From assembly GCF_053078305.1 (NCBI RefSeq), contig NZ_CP166875.1: a stretch of 64,000 nucleotides of DNA; one strand, 5' to 3'. This document shows positions 19,736-30,300 of the stretch, piece after piece (the first letter of the stretch is position 1; the number at the start of each line of letters is the position of its first letter). The stretch comes from a plasmid. The translations under genes were made by a program, and so were the position numbers. The notes under the pieces were generated by a model that searched no databases, had not been told where the DNA came from, and was given only the letters and a program-made list of their open reading frames with translations.

Positions 19736-22575
19736 ATGAAGTCTATGTGATTGCCGGTGGTGAGTGGTTGCGCAATAACCTGAACGCCATTGCCGCTTTT
19801 ATGGGGACCCGGACGTGGGATTCCATTGAAAAAATTGCGCTCACATTATCTGTTCTCGCAGTGGCTGTGATGTGGGTACAACGGCACAACGTGATGGATT
19901 TGCTGGGCTGGGTGGCCGTGTTTGTGCTTATCAGCCTGCTGGTTAATGTCCGCACATCGGTGCAGATTATTGATAACAGTGACCTGGTTAAGGTTCACCG
20001 GGTGGACAATGTGCCGGTCGGTCTGGCGATGCCACTTTCACTGACGACCCGTATCGGGCATGCGATGGTGGCCGGCTATGAGATGGTGTTCGCTCAGCCG
20101 GACAGCGCCACCTACAGCAAGACAGGCATGCTGTTCGGGGCGAACCTGATTGTGAAAAGCACCGATTTCCTGTCCCGGAATCCGGAAATCATCAATCTGT
20201 TTCAGGACTACGTCCAGAACTGCGTGCTGGGTGATATTTACCTGAACCATAAATACACGCTGGAAGACCTGATGGCCTCCTCTGACCCGTACACCATAAT
20301 CTTTTCTCAGCCCAGCCCTTTACGTCAGGTGCCGAATAATAATTACAGTTTTCTGCAAAGCTCAGAGCCGTTTGTGTCCTGTAAGGACGCATCCGTCGGA
20401 CTGAAGGATAAGCTGAATTTTGATACGAATACCGGAGGCAAGACCTGGAATTATTATGTGCAGCAGATATTTGGCGGCAGGCCGGACCCTGACCTGTTAT
20501 TCAGACAACTGGTGAGTGACAGTTACAGTTATTTCTACGGCTCCAGCCAGTCTGCCAGCCAGATTATGCGCCAGAACGTCACCATGAATGCCCTGAAAGA
20601 GGGTATCACCAGTAATGCGGCCCGTAACGGTGATACCGCCAGCCTGGTGAATCTGGCCACCACCTCATCGATGGAGAAACAGCGTCTGGCACATGTCTCC
20701 ATTGGTCATGTGCTGATGCGAAACCTGCCGATGGTACAGACCATTCTGGTGGGCATTACTATTGGTATCTTCCCGCTCCTGGTGCTGGCTGCGGTCTTCA
20801 ACAAACTGACGCTGTCCGTCCTGAAAGGCTATGTGTTTGCCCTGATGTGGTTCCAGACTTGGCCGTTGCTGTATGCCATCCTGAACAGTGCCATGACATT
20901 CTATGCGAAGCAGAACGGGGCTCCGGTCGTGCTCTCTGAACTCTCTCAGATACAGCTGAAATACTCCGACCTGGCATCAACCGCAGGTTATCTTTCAGCA
21001 ATGATCCCCCCTCTGTCATGGATGATGGTACGAGGCCTTGGTGCCGGATTTTCCAGCGTATACAGCCACTTTGCGTCTTCTTCCATCACGCCAACCGCCA
21101 GTGCGGCAGGCAGTGTGGTTGACGGTAATTACTCCTACGGCAACATGCAGACGAATAACGTGAACGGCTTCAGCTGGAGCACCAACAGCACCACGTCATT
21201 TGGTCAGATGACGCACCAGACCGGTAGTGGTGCAACCGCCACGCAGACCCGTGACGGCAGTATGGTGATGGACGCCAGTGGGGCAATGTCCCGTTTGCCG
21301 GTTGGTATTAATGCAACGCGTCAGATTGCAGCAGCGCAACAGGAAATGGCCCGGGAGTCGATGAATAAGGCGGAAAGTGCCCTGCATGGTTTCAGCAGCA
21401 GTATTGCCAGTGCCTGGAACACACTCAGCCAGTTTGGCTCTAACCGGGGAAGCAGTGATTCAGTCACCAGTGGCGCTGACAGCACGATGAGCGCGCAGGA
21501 CTCCATGATGGCCAGCCGTATGCGCAGTGCGGTGGAAAGCTATGCGAAGGCGCATAATATCAGCGATGAGCAGGCGACAAGAGAACTGGCATCCAGAAGT
21601 ACGAGAGGTTCTGCGGGGATGTATGGTGATGCTCATGCTGAATGGGGGGTTAAACCTAAAATTCTTGGTGTTGGTGGTGGCGCAGGTGTCAGAGGTGGTG
21701 GTAGGACAAGTATTGACTGGAATGATGAGGATGCGCATCAGGCCAGCAGTGGTTCACGGGCCAGCCATGATGCCCGTCATGATATTGATGCCAGAGCTAC
21801 ACAAGACTTTAAAGAAGCAAGCGATTACTTTACCAGTCGCAAGGTCAGTGAATCCGGCAGCCATACTGACAATAATGCCGATTCCAGGGTGGACCAGCTT
21901 TCTGCAGCCCTGAACTCAGCGAAACAGAGTTACGACCAGTACACGACGAATATGACCCGCAGCCATGAATATGCTGAAATGGCCTCCCGTACTGAAAGCA
22001 TGAGTGGGCAGATGAGTGAAGACCTGTCACAACAGTTTGCACAGTATGTGATGAAACACGCGCCGCAGGATGCAGAAGCTATTCTGACAAACACCAGTTC
22101 ACCGGAGATTGCAGAACGTCGTCGGGCAATGGCCTGGTCTTTTGTTCAGGAACAGGTACAGCCTGGTGTTGATAACGCCTGGCGTGAATCCCGTGGCGAT
22201 ATCGGTAAAGGAATGGAGAGCGTACCTTCGGGCGGTGGCAGCCAGGATATTATTGCAGACCATCAGGGGCATCAGGGTATTATTGAGCAAAGAACGCAGG
22301 ACAGTAATATCCGTAACGATGTGAAGCAGCAGGTTGATAATATGGTCACAGAATATCGGGGCAATATCGGGGATACTCAGAACAGCATCCACGGCGAGGA
22401 AAATATTGTAAGAGGGCAGTATTCTGAACTGCAAAATCACCATAAAACAGAGGCATTATCTCAGAATAATAAATATAATGAAGAAAAATCAGCTCAGGAA
22501 GGAATGCCCGGTGCTGACAGCCCACAGGAACTTATGAACAGGGCAAAAGAGTATCAGGATAAGTATAAGCAATAA
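19732..22575 (+). CDS. traG: TraG mating-pair stabilisation/entry-exclusion target (VirB6-like N-terminal domain)
   Basis: 947 aa, polytopic N-terminus, F TraG is 938 aa. Confidence 0.9.
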   Translation: MNEVYVIAGGEWLRNNLNAIAAFMGTRTWDSIEKIALTLSVLAVAVMWVQRHNVMDLLGWVAVFVLISLLVNVRTSVQIIDNSDLVKVHRVDNVPVGLAMPLSLTTRIGHAMVAGYEMVFAQPDSATYSKTGMLFGANLIVKSTDFLSRNPEIINLFQDYVQNCVLGDIYLNHKYTLEDLMASSDPYTIIFSQPSPLRQVPNNNYSFLQSSEPFVSCKDASVGLKDKLNFDTNTGGKTWNYYVQQIFGGRPDPDLLFRQLVSDSYSYFYGSSQSASQIMRQNVTMNALKEGITSNAARNGDTASLVNLATTSSMEKQRLAHVSIGHVLMRNLPMVQTILVGITIGIFPLLVLAAVFNKLTLSVLKGYVFALMWFQTWPLLYAILNSAMTFYAKQNGAPVVLSELSQIQLKYSDLASTAGYLSAMIPPLSWMMVRGLGAGFSSVYSHFASSSITPTASAAGSVVDGNYSYGNMQTNNVNGFSWSTNSTTSFGQMTHQTGSGATATQTRDGSMVMDASGAMSRLPVGINATRQIAAAQQEMARESMNKAESALHGFSSSIASAWNTLSQFGSNRGSSDSVTSGADSTMSAQDSMMASRMRSAVESYAKAHNISDEQATRELASRSTRGSAGMYGDAHAEWGVKPKILGVGGGAGVRGGGRTSIDWNDEDAHQASSGSRASHDARHDIDARATQDFKEASDYFTSRKVSESGSHTDNNADSRVDQLSAALNSAKQSYDQYTTNMTRSHEYAEMASRTESMSGQMSEDLSQQFAQYVMKHAPQDAEAILTNTSSPEIAERRRAMAWSFVQEQVQPGVDNAWRESRGDIGKGMESVPSGGGSQDIIADHQGHQGIIEQRTQDSNIRNDVKQQVDNMVTEYRGNIGDTQNSIHGEENIVRGQYSELQNHHKTEALSQNNKYNEEKSAQEGMPGADSPQELMNRAKEYQDKYKQ

Positions 22576-22590
22576 TGCTGGGTTTGGGAG

Positions 22591-23094
22591 ATGATAATGA
22601 AAAATTTAGCTCATGTTGCTCTGATAACTGTGATACAGCTCATTGCCTGTAATCTGGCTGATTGGGGGGGCGCTGAGACAGTTTTTATCCTGTGCTTTAT
22701 TGTACTATGGCAGGGATTGTTTATATGGTTGTTTTCTCAAATACGAAAAAAACGGCATGTGTCGGATGAGTTTAAATTCAGTAAAGGCGTTTGGTATATA
22801 CTGATGCCAGTATCTTCTTTATTCTCTCCGTTATTAAGCCTGATGACTTTTATCATTGGTACACTATACGAATTAAGGCGAGTTTGTGGTTGTGTAAGTG
22901 TAAGAGAATGGATGCAATCTCAGGTAAATGAAAACACCAATGAAGAATTGCATCTGGATTTTGATGATGTGAATTTTGATTATGTGGATTTTTATCGTAC
23001 TAATCCGGCAACAGGATTAGCTATGCATGGAGGATTTGATTCAGCAGGAAATACTTTTGGGACTTGTTGGCAGGACTATGATGATAGGCGATAA
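22591..23094 (+). CDS. traS: TraS entry exclusion inner-membrane protein
   Basis: hydrophobic ORF between traG and traT. Confidence 0.6.
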   Translation: MIMKNLAHVALITVIQLIACNLADWGGAETVFILCFIVLWQGLFIWLFSQIRKKRHVSDEFKFSKGVWYILMPVSSLFSPLLSLMTFIIGTLYELRRVCGCVSVREWMQSQVNENTNEELHLDFDDVNFDYVDFYRTNPATGLAMHGGFDSAGNTFGTCWQDYDDRR

Positions 23095-23125
23095 GAAAAC
23101 TGTAGCTTGTAATAAAGGTAATTTG

Positions 23126-23857
23126 ATGAAAACAAAAAAATTGATGATGGTTACCCTGGTCAGTTCCACTCTGGTCCTTTCAGGGTGTGGTGCGATGAGC
23201 ACAGCAATCAAGAAGCGTAATCTTGAAGTCAAAACTCAGATGAGTGAAACCATCTGGCTGGAGCCTTCCAGTGAACGCACCGTTTTCCTGCAAATCAAAA
23301 ACACATCTGACAAGGATATGAGTGGATTGCAGGCAAAAATCAGTGATGCCGTTAAAGCCAAAGGCTACCAGGTTGTGACCTCACCTGACAAGGCATACTA
23401 CTGGATCCAGGCCAATGTCCTGAAGGCAGACAAAATGGATTTGCGGGAGTCCCAGACCTGGCTGAACAGCGGTTATGAAGGTGCCATTGCCGGTGCAGCA
23501 TTGGGCACCGGCATCACAGGATATAACTCCAGCTCTGCCGGTGCGGCGCTGGGTGTAGGGATTGCCACAGGGTTGATTGGTATGGCTGCCGATGCAATGG
23601 TGGAGGATATCAACTACACCATGATCACGGATGTGCAGATTGCAGAGCGGACAACATCTAAAGTCAGAACTGATAATGTTGCTGCTCTCCGCCAGGGAAC
23701 CTCCGGTGCAAAAGTGCAGACCAGCACATCAACCGGAAATCAACATAAATACCAGACCCGTGTGGTATCTAATGCCAACAAGGTTAACCTGAAATTTGAA
23801 GAAGCGAAGCCTGTACTGGAAGACCAGCTGGCTAAATCCATCGCGAACATCCTGTAA
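23126..23857 (+). CDS. traT: TraT surface exclusion outer-membrane lipoprotein
   Basis: starts [38 protein letters not shown], lipobox, matches F TraT. Confidence 0.9.
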   Translation: MKTKKLMMVTLVSSTLVLSGCGAMSTAIKKRNLEVKTQMSETIWLEPSSERTVFLQIKNTSDKDMSGLQAKISDAVKAKGYQVVTSPDKAYYWIQANVLKADKMDLRESQTWLNSGYEGAIAGAALGTGITGYNSSSAGAALGVGIATGLIGMAADAMVEDINYTMITDVQIAERTTSKVRTDNVAALRQGTSGAKVQTSTSTGNQHKYQTRVVSNANKVNLKFEEAKPVLEDQLAKSIANIL

Positions 23858-23916
23858 ATTACCCATCCGGCCCGGACAGATTGTACCGGGCCGATATTCC
23901 TGCCCCGGATGAATAC

Positions 23917-24177
23917 ATGAACCGTGCAGAATCTCGTCTCTCGCAGGTACTCTTTCTGCTGGGCTATGACAGTGAAAAGTATCCTGAGCATGTATGTCGG
24001 GAGTTATTAAAAGAACTTTACCGGTTTGCTGATGCAACCGGAGATTCTGAACTGGCCATAGCCTGCCAGAGATACCTGACAGCACTGGAACCGTTCTCTG
24101 CATATGAGATCGGCGTAAGCGCAACAGAATATCTTCCTGTGAGTGAATATCCGACCGGACGTCGCAGAAGAAAATAG
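23917..24177 (+). CDS. hypothetical small protein
   Basis: ORF in traT-traD islet, followed immediately by conserved structured element. Confidence 0.35.
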   Translation: MNRAESRLSQVLFLLGYDSEKYPEHVCRELLKELYRFADATGDSELAIACQRYLTALEPFSAYEIGVSATEYLPVSEYPTGRRRRK

Positions 24178-24249
24178 CTGACGCCTCGCGTTGCTCGTTG
24201 TCCAACCCCGGGAAGTAACAAAATAAATTTTGTCACTTCCCGGCGTTTC
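24178..24249 (+). repeat. conserved ~72-bp structured element (copy 1)
   Basis: CTGACGCCTCGCGTTGCTCGTTGTCCAACCCCGGG + 12-bp stem hairpin + CCCGGCGTTTC; second copy at 36456-36530. Confidence 0.6.
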
Positions 24250-24344
24250 CGAAATAAATATGAGAACACTGAACGGTTGTGCAAATTCTTTGTGCGACCG
24301 TGAAGTGTTGCCGGCGAAGCCGGAAGCTTCCGGAGAAAGTCATT

Positions 24345-25076
24345 ATGACATCAGACAATATCGCTGAATATGTTGGTGAGAATAATCAATTTACTGAGAA
24401 GCCTGTAACTGAATACTCCCCGGTGATACAGGATAATACAGCGACCACAAAAGATTATCTGTACAGCAATAATATTGATACTGACCTTTTAGTGGTTATC
24501 GGAGGGCTTATTGTTATATTGTTTCTCATGATGCTTGTCATGTACTTTATTAATTCTCTCAGGCATAAGGAATTAACTGAAATACTGACAAAAATATCTT
24601 TTCCTGAGAAATCCGGGAGCAATCCGCTTAAGCCGGAAGAGGGCCGCTGTAATTTGTTGTCCCTGTGTGTGCTGGCCCCGGTATTCTGTACCCCCAAAAA
24701 ACTGGCAGAAGTCTCCAGACAGATCATCGTGACCAGTGCGAAGGAAATTGCCTGGACGCCCGGGAGTAGCCGTATTGATGGTGAGCAGGAAGAAAATATT
24801 ACCTGGTCTCTGTCGTCACAGACTCATGCCGATAAATACGATCTCATCAATAAAACATCCCGTGTTTCTCCTGACAGTGGCCACTTTTATGAACCGGGCA
24901 CGGCTCTGGATTATCGTGAGCGGGTACGCCTTTTTGTTCAGATCCAGTATTCACACGAGAGTGACTGGTCTGAAATATTGCGCCTGACTGATATCGTGCT
25001 GGAAAAAGTTTCTTCCGGCAGACCAGCAGGCGGCTATCACCACCGGTATACAGGGTATACATGGTTTGTTCTGTGA
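24345..25076 (+). CDS. hypothetical single-pass membrane protein
   Basis: 244 aa ORF with one TM helix (LLVVIGGLIVILFLMMLVMYFI), no recognised family. Confidence 0.45.
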   Translation: MTSDNIAEYVGENNQFTEKPVTEYSPVIQDNTATTKDYLYSNNIDTDLLVVIGGLIVILFLMMLVMYFINSLRHKELTEILTKISFPEKSGSNPLKPEEGRCNLLSLCVLAPVFCTPKKLAEVSRQIIVTSAKEIAWTPGSSRIDGEQEENITWSLSSQTHADKYDLINKTSRVSPDSGHFYEPGTALDYRERVRLFVQIQYSHESDWSEILRLTDIVLEKVSSGRPAGGYHHRYTGYTWFVL

Positions 25077-25131
25077 ATGTATTCCACACCGCTCTTTTCT
25101 GCTCTGTACCTGACTTTACCGGAGTTTCATC

Positions 25132-27330
25132 ATGAGTTTTAACGCAAAGGATATGACCCAGGGCGGTCAGATTGCGTCCATGCGTATCCGCATGTTCAGC
25201 CAGATCGCCAATATCATGCTTTACTGCCTGTTTATTTTTTTCTGGATCCTCGTTGGTCTGGTTTTATGGGTAAAAATAAGCTGGCAGACGTTTGTGAACG
25301 GCTGTATTTACTGGTGGTGCACCACGCTGGAAGGCATGCGGGATTTAATCAGGTCCCAGCCGGTCTATGAGATCCAGTATTACGGCAAAACCTTCCGGAT
25401 GAACGCGGCTCAGGTACTGCATGATAAATACATGATCTGGTGCGGTGAGCAGCTATGGTCTGCATTCGTTCTGGCGTCTGTCGTGGCCCTGGTTATCTGC
25501 CTGATCACCTTCTTTGTTGTCTCCTGGATTCTGGGGCGTCAGGGTAAACAGCAGAGTGAAAATGAAGTCACAGGTGGTCGTCAGCTGACTGACAATCCGA
25601 AAGAGGTTGCCAGGATGCTGAAAAAAGACGGCAAGGACTCCGATATCCGGATTGGCGATCTGCCGATTATCCGGGATTCTGAAATCCAGAATTTCTGTCT
25701 GCACGGCACGGTCGGGGCCGGTAAGTCGGAAGTTATCCGTCGTCTGGCCAACTACGCCCGTCAGCGCGGTGATATGGTGGTGATTTATGACCGATCAGGG
25801 GAATTTGTTAAAAGTTACTATGACCCGTCCATCGATAATATCCTGAATCCGCTGGATGCCCGCTGTGCCGCCTGGGATTTGTGGAAGGAGTGCCTGACAC
25901 AGCCGGATTTTGATAATACGGCAAATACCCTGATCCCGATGGGCACAAAAGAAGACCCGTTCTGGCAGGGCTCAGGACGCACCATTTTTGCGGAAGCGGC
26001 GTACCTGATGCGTAATGACCCCAACCGCAGCTACAGCAAACTGGTGGATACACTACTCTCCATCAAAATTGAAAAACTGCGTACCTTCCTGCGTAACTCA
26101 CCGGCGGCCAACCTGGTGGAAGAGAAAATCGAGAAAACGGCGATTTCCATCCGTGCTGTGCTGACCAACTACGTGAAAGCCATCCGTTACCTGCAGGGGA
26201 TTGAGCATAATGGTGAGTCCTTCACCATCCGTGACTGGATGCGGGGTGTCCGTGAAGATAAGAAAAACGGCTGGCTGTTTATTTCGTCGAATGCCGACAC
26301 CCATGCTTCCCTGAAACCGGTGATCTCCATGTGGCTGTCCATCGCCATTCGTGGCCTGATGGCGATGGGGGAGAACCGTAACCGTCGTGTGTGGTTCTTC
26401 TGTGATGAGTTACCCACGTTACACAAACTGCCGGACCTGGTGGAGATCCTGCCGGAAGCCCGTAAGTTCGGTGGCTGTTATGTGTTCGGTATCCAGTCCT
26501 ATGCCCAGCTGGAAGATATCTACGGTGAGAAATCGGCAGCCTCGCTGTTTGACGTCATGAACACCCGTGCCTTTTTCCGTTCCCCCAGCCATAAGATTGC
26601 AGAGTTCGCTGCCGGTGAAATTGGTGAGAAAGAGCACCTGAAAGCCAGCGAGCAGTATTCCTACGGTGCTGATCCGGTACGTGACGGGGTATCGACCGGT
26701 AAGGATATGGAGCGCCAGACGCTGGTCAGTTATTCCGACATTCAGTCTCTGCCGGATCTGACCTGTTATGTCACCCTGCCCGGACCGTATCCGGCAGTAA
26801 AACTCTCCCTGAAATATCAGGCACGACCGAAGGTTGCTCCGGAGTTTATTCCGCGTGACATCAATCCTGAAATGGAGAACCGTCTGAGTGCCGTACTTGC
26901 CGCAAGGGAAGCAGAAGGTCGTCAGATGGCCAGCCTCTTCGAACCGGATGTCCCGGAGGTTGTTTCCGGAGAAGACGTGACTCAGGCTGAACAGCCGCAA
27001 CAGCCGCAACAGCCGCAACAGCCGCAACAGCCGCAACAGCCGCAACAGCCGGTGTCTCCTGCCATCAACGATAAGAAGTCAGATGCAGGTGTGAATGTTC
27101 CGGCAGGGGGGATCGAGCAGGAGCTGAAAATGAAACCGGAAGAAGAGATGGAACAGCAACTGCCACCCGGGATCAGTGAATCCGGTGAAGTGGTGGATAT
27201 GGCCGTTTATGAGGCATGGCAACGGGAGCAGAATCCGGATATCCAGCAGCAGATGCAGCGCCGTGAAGAGGTGAATATCAACGTGCACCGGGAGCGCGGG
27301 GAGGATGTTGAGCCGGGAGATGATTTCTGA
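25132..27330 (+). CDS. traD: TraD type IV coupling protein
   Basis: 732 aa, Walker [10 protein letters not shown]-terminal QPQ repeats as in F TraD. Confidence 0.95.
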   Translation: MSFNAKDMTQGGQIASMRIRMFSQIANIMLYCLFIFFWILVGLVLWVKISWQTFVNGCIYWWCTTLEGMRDLIRSQPVYEIQYYGKTFRMNAAQVLHDKYMIWCGEQLWSAFVLASVVALVICLITFFVVSWILGRQGKQQSENEVTGGRQLTDNPKEVARMLKKDGKDSDIRIGDLPIIRDSEIQNFCLHGTVGAGKSEVIRRLANYARQRGDMVVIYDRSGEFVKSYYDPSIDNILNPLDARCAAWDLWKECLTQPDFDNTANTLIPMGTKEDPFWQGSGRTIFAEAAYLMRNDPNRSYSKLVDTLLSIKIEKLRTFLRNSPAANLVEEKIEKTAISIRAVLTNYVKAIRYLQGIEHNGESFTIRDWMRGVREDKKNGWLFISSNADTHASLKPVISMWLSIAIRGLMAMGENRNRRVWFFCDELPTLHKLPDLVEILPEARKFGGCYVFGIQSYAQLEDIYGEKSAASLFDVMNTRAFFRSPSHKIAEFAAGEIGEKEHLKASEQYSYGADPVRDGVSTGKDMERQTLVSYSDIQSLPDLTCYVTLPGPYPAVKLSLKYQARPKVAPEFIPRDINPEMENRLSAVLAAREAEGRQMASLFEPDVPEVVSGEDVTQAEQPQQPQQPQQPQQPQQPQQPVSPAINDKKSDAGVNVPAGGIEQELKMKPEEEMEQQLPPGISESGEVVDMAVYEAWQREQNPDIQQQMQRREEVNINVHRERGEDVEPGDDF

Positions 27331-30300
27331 TGTTGAGTTTCAGCGTTGTTAAATCGGCAGGCAGTGCCGGAAACTATTACACCGACAAGGATAATTACTA
27401 TGTGCTGGGTAGCATGGGGGAACGCTGGGCGGGCAAGGGGGCTGAACAGCTTGGGCTGCAGGGCAGTGTTGATAAGGATGTCTTTACCCGTCTTCTGGAG
27501 GGGAAGCTGCCGGACGGGGCGGATTTAAGCCGTATGCAGGATGGCAGTAATAAGCATCGTCCCGGCTATGACCTGACCTTCTCCGCCCCCAAAAGTGTCT
27601 CCATGATGGCCATGTTAGGTGGCGATAAGCGCCTGATTGATGCACATAATCAGGCCGTGGATTTTGCTGTCCGTCAGGTGGAGGCGCTGGCTTCCACACG
27701 GGTGATGACGGACGGACAGTCAGAAACGGTACTGACCGGTAATCTGGTGATGGCACTCTTTAACCACGACACCAGTCGCGATCAGGACCCACAGTTACAC
27801 ACGCATGCGGTGGTGGCTAATGTCACGCAGCATAACGGCGAATGGAAGACACTGAGCAGTGATAAAGTGGGGAAAACCGGTTTTTCCGAGAACGTGCTCG
27901 CGAACCGTATTGCGTTCGGGAAAATATATCAGAGTGAGTTACGTCAGCGCGTTGAGGCGCTGGGCTATGAAACTGAAGTGGTGGGTAAGCACGGTATGTG
28001 GGAGATGCCGGGCGTACCGGTGGAGGCCTTTTCCGGACGCTCACAGGCTATCCGGGAGGCCGTCGGGGAAGACGCCTCGCTGAAATCCCGGGATGTGGCG
28101 GCACTGGATACGCGAAAATCCAAACAGCACGTCGATCCTGAAGTCAGAATGGCTGAATGGATGCAGACGCTGAAGGAAACCGGGTTCGACATCCGGGCGT
28201 ATCGTGACGCGGCAGACCAACGGGCGGAGACCCGCACGCAGACACCCGGACCCGCTTCACAGGACGGGCCGGATGTGCAGCAGGCGGTGACACAGGCCAT
28301 TGCCGGATTAAGTGAACGAAAAGTGCAGTTCACGTACACGGACGTGCTGGCCAGGACGGTCGGCATACTGCCGCCGGAAGCCGGTGTGATTGAGCGGGCG
28401 CGTGCCGGTATCGATGAGGCCATCAGCCGTGAGCAGCTTATCCCCCTCGACCGTGAGAAGGGGCTGTTCACGTCCGGGATTCATGTGCTCGATGAGCTGT
28501 CCGTCCGGGCACTCAGTCGTGACATCATGAAACAGAACCGGGTGACTGTACATCCGGAGAAAAGTGTTCCCCGGACGGCCGGTTACAGCGATGCGGTCAG
28601 TGTTCTGGCACAGGATCGCCCGTCGCTGGCCATTGTGTCCGGGCAGGGCGGTGCAGCCGGGCAGCGTGAGCGGGTGGCTGAACTGGTCATGATGGCCCGG
28701 GAGCAGGGGCGGGAGGTGCAGATTATTGCCGCTGACCGTCGCTCACAGATGAACCTGAAGCAGGATGAACGGCTGTCCGGTGAACTGATAACCGGACGTC
28801 GTCAGCTGCTGGAAGGCATGCCCTTCACGCCGGGCAGTACCGTTATCGTCGACCAGGGCGAAAAACTCTCCCTGAAAGAGACGTTAACCCTGCTGGACGG
28901 TGCCGCACGTCATAACGTACAGGTCCTGATAACCGACAGCGGGCAGCGAACCGGTACAGGCAGTGCGCTGATGGCCATGAAGGATGCCGGGGTGAACATA
29001 TATCGCTGGCAGGGGGGAGAGCAGCGACCGGCAACCATCATCTGTGAACCGGACCGTAATGTCCGCTATGCCCGGCTGGCCGGAGATTTTGCGGCCAGCG
29101 TGAAAGCCGGAGAAGAGAGCGTGGCACAGGTCAGCGGAGTACGGGAACAGGCCATACTGACACAGGCCATTCGCAGTGAACTGAAAACGCAGGGCGTACT
29201 CGGGCAGAGGGAGGTGACCATGACGGTGCTGTCACCGGTCTGGCTGGACAGCCGGAGTCGTTATCTGCGGGATATGTACCGCCCGGGGATGGTGATGGAG
29301 CAGTGGAACCCGGAGACACGCAGTCATGACCGCTATGTTATCGACCGGGTGACAGCGCAGAGTCACAGCCTGACCCTGCGGGATGCGCAGGGCGAAACGC
29401 AGGTGGTGCGTATATCCTCCCTGGACAGCAGCTGGTCGTTGTTCCGGCCGGAAAAAATACCGGTGGCAGACGGCGAGCGTCTGAGGGTGACAGGGAAAAT
29501 TCCCGGACTCCGCGTCTCCGGCGGTGACCGCCTGCAGGTGGCATCCGTCAGTGAAGATGCGATGACGGTTGTTGTGCCGGGGCGGGCTGAACCGGCCACC
29601 CTGCCTGTGAGCGATTCACCGTTCACGGCACTGAAGCTGGAGAGCGGCTGGGTGGAAACGCCCGGGCATTCCGTCAGTGACAGTGCGAAGGTTTTTGCCT
29701 CCGTCACACAGATGGCAATGGACAACGCCACCCTGAACGGTCTGGCCCGCAGCGGTCGTGATGTCCGGCTGTATTCCTCACTGGATGAAACCCGTACTGC
29801 GGAAAAACTTGCCCGTCACCCCTCCTTTACGGTGGTTTCTGAGCAGATAAAGGCGCGTGCCGGTGAGACATTGCTGGAAACCGCTATCAGTCTGCAGAAA
29901 GCCGGGCTTCACACGCCGGCACAGCAGGCCATTCATCTGGCCCTTCCTGTGCTGGAAAGTAAAAACCTGGCCTTCAGCATGGTGGACCTGCTGACAGAGG
30001 CGAAGTCGTTTGCTGCAGAAGGAACCAGTTTTACTGAACTGGGAGGGGAAATCAATGCGCAGATAAAACGCGGTGATTTGCTGTATGTGGATGTGGCAAA
30101 AGGCTATGGCACAGGCCTGCTGGTTTCCCGTGCGTCGTATGAGGCAGAAAAGAGCATTCTTCGCCATATTCTCGAAGGTAAGGAGGCGGTCACGCCGCTG
30201 ATGGAGAGGGTACCCGGCGAACTCATGGAGACACTGACGTCGGGGCAGCGTGCCGCCACCCGCATGATACTGGAAACGTCCGACCGTTTCACGGTGGTGC

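Noticed and set aside
24178-24249. Integron attC site
   Set aside because: Only one core-like motif (GTTGGAC on the - strand) is present, the partner inverse-core is not convincing, and no integrase or attI is nearby; kept as an unexplained structured element instead.
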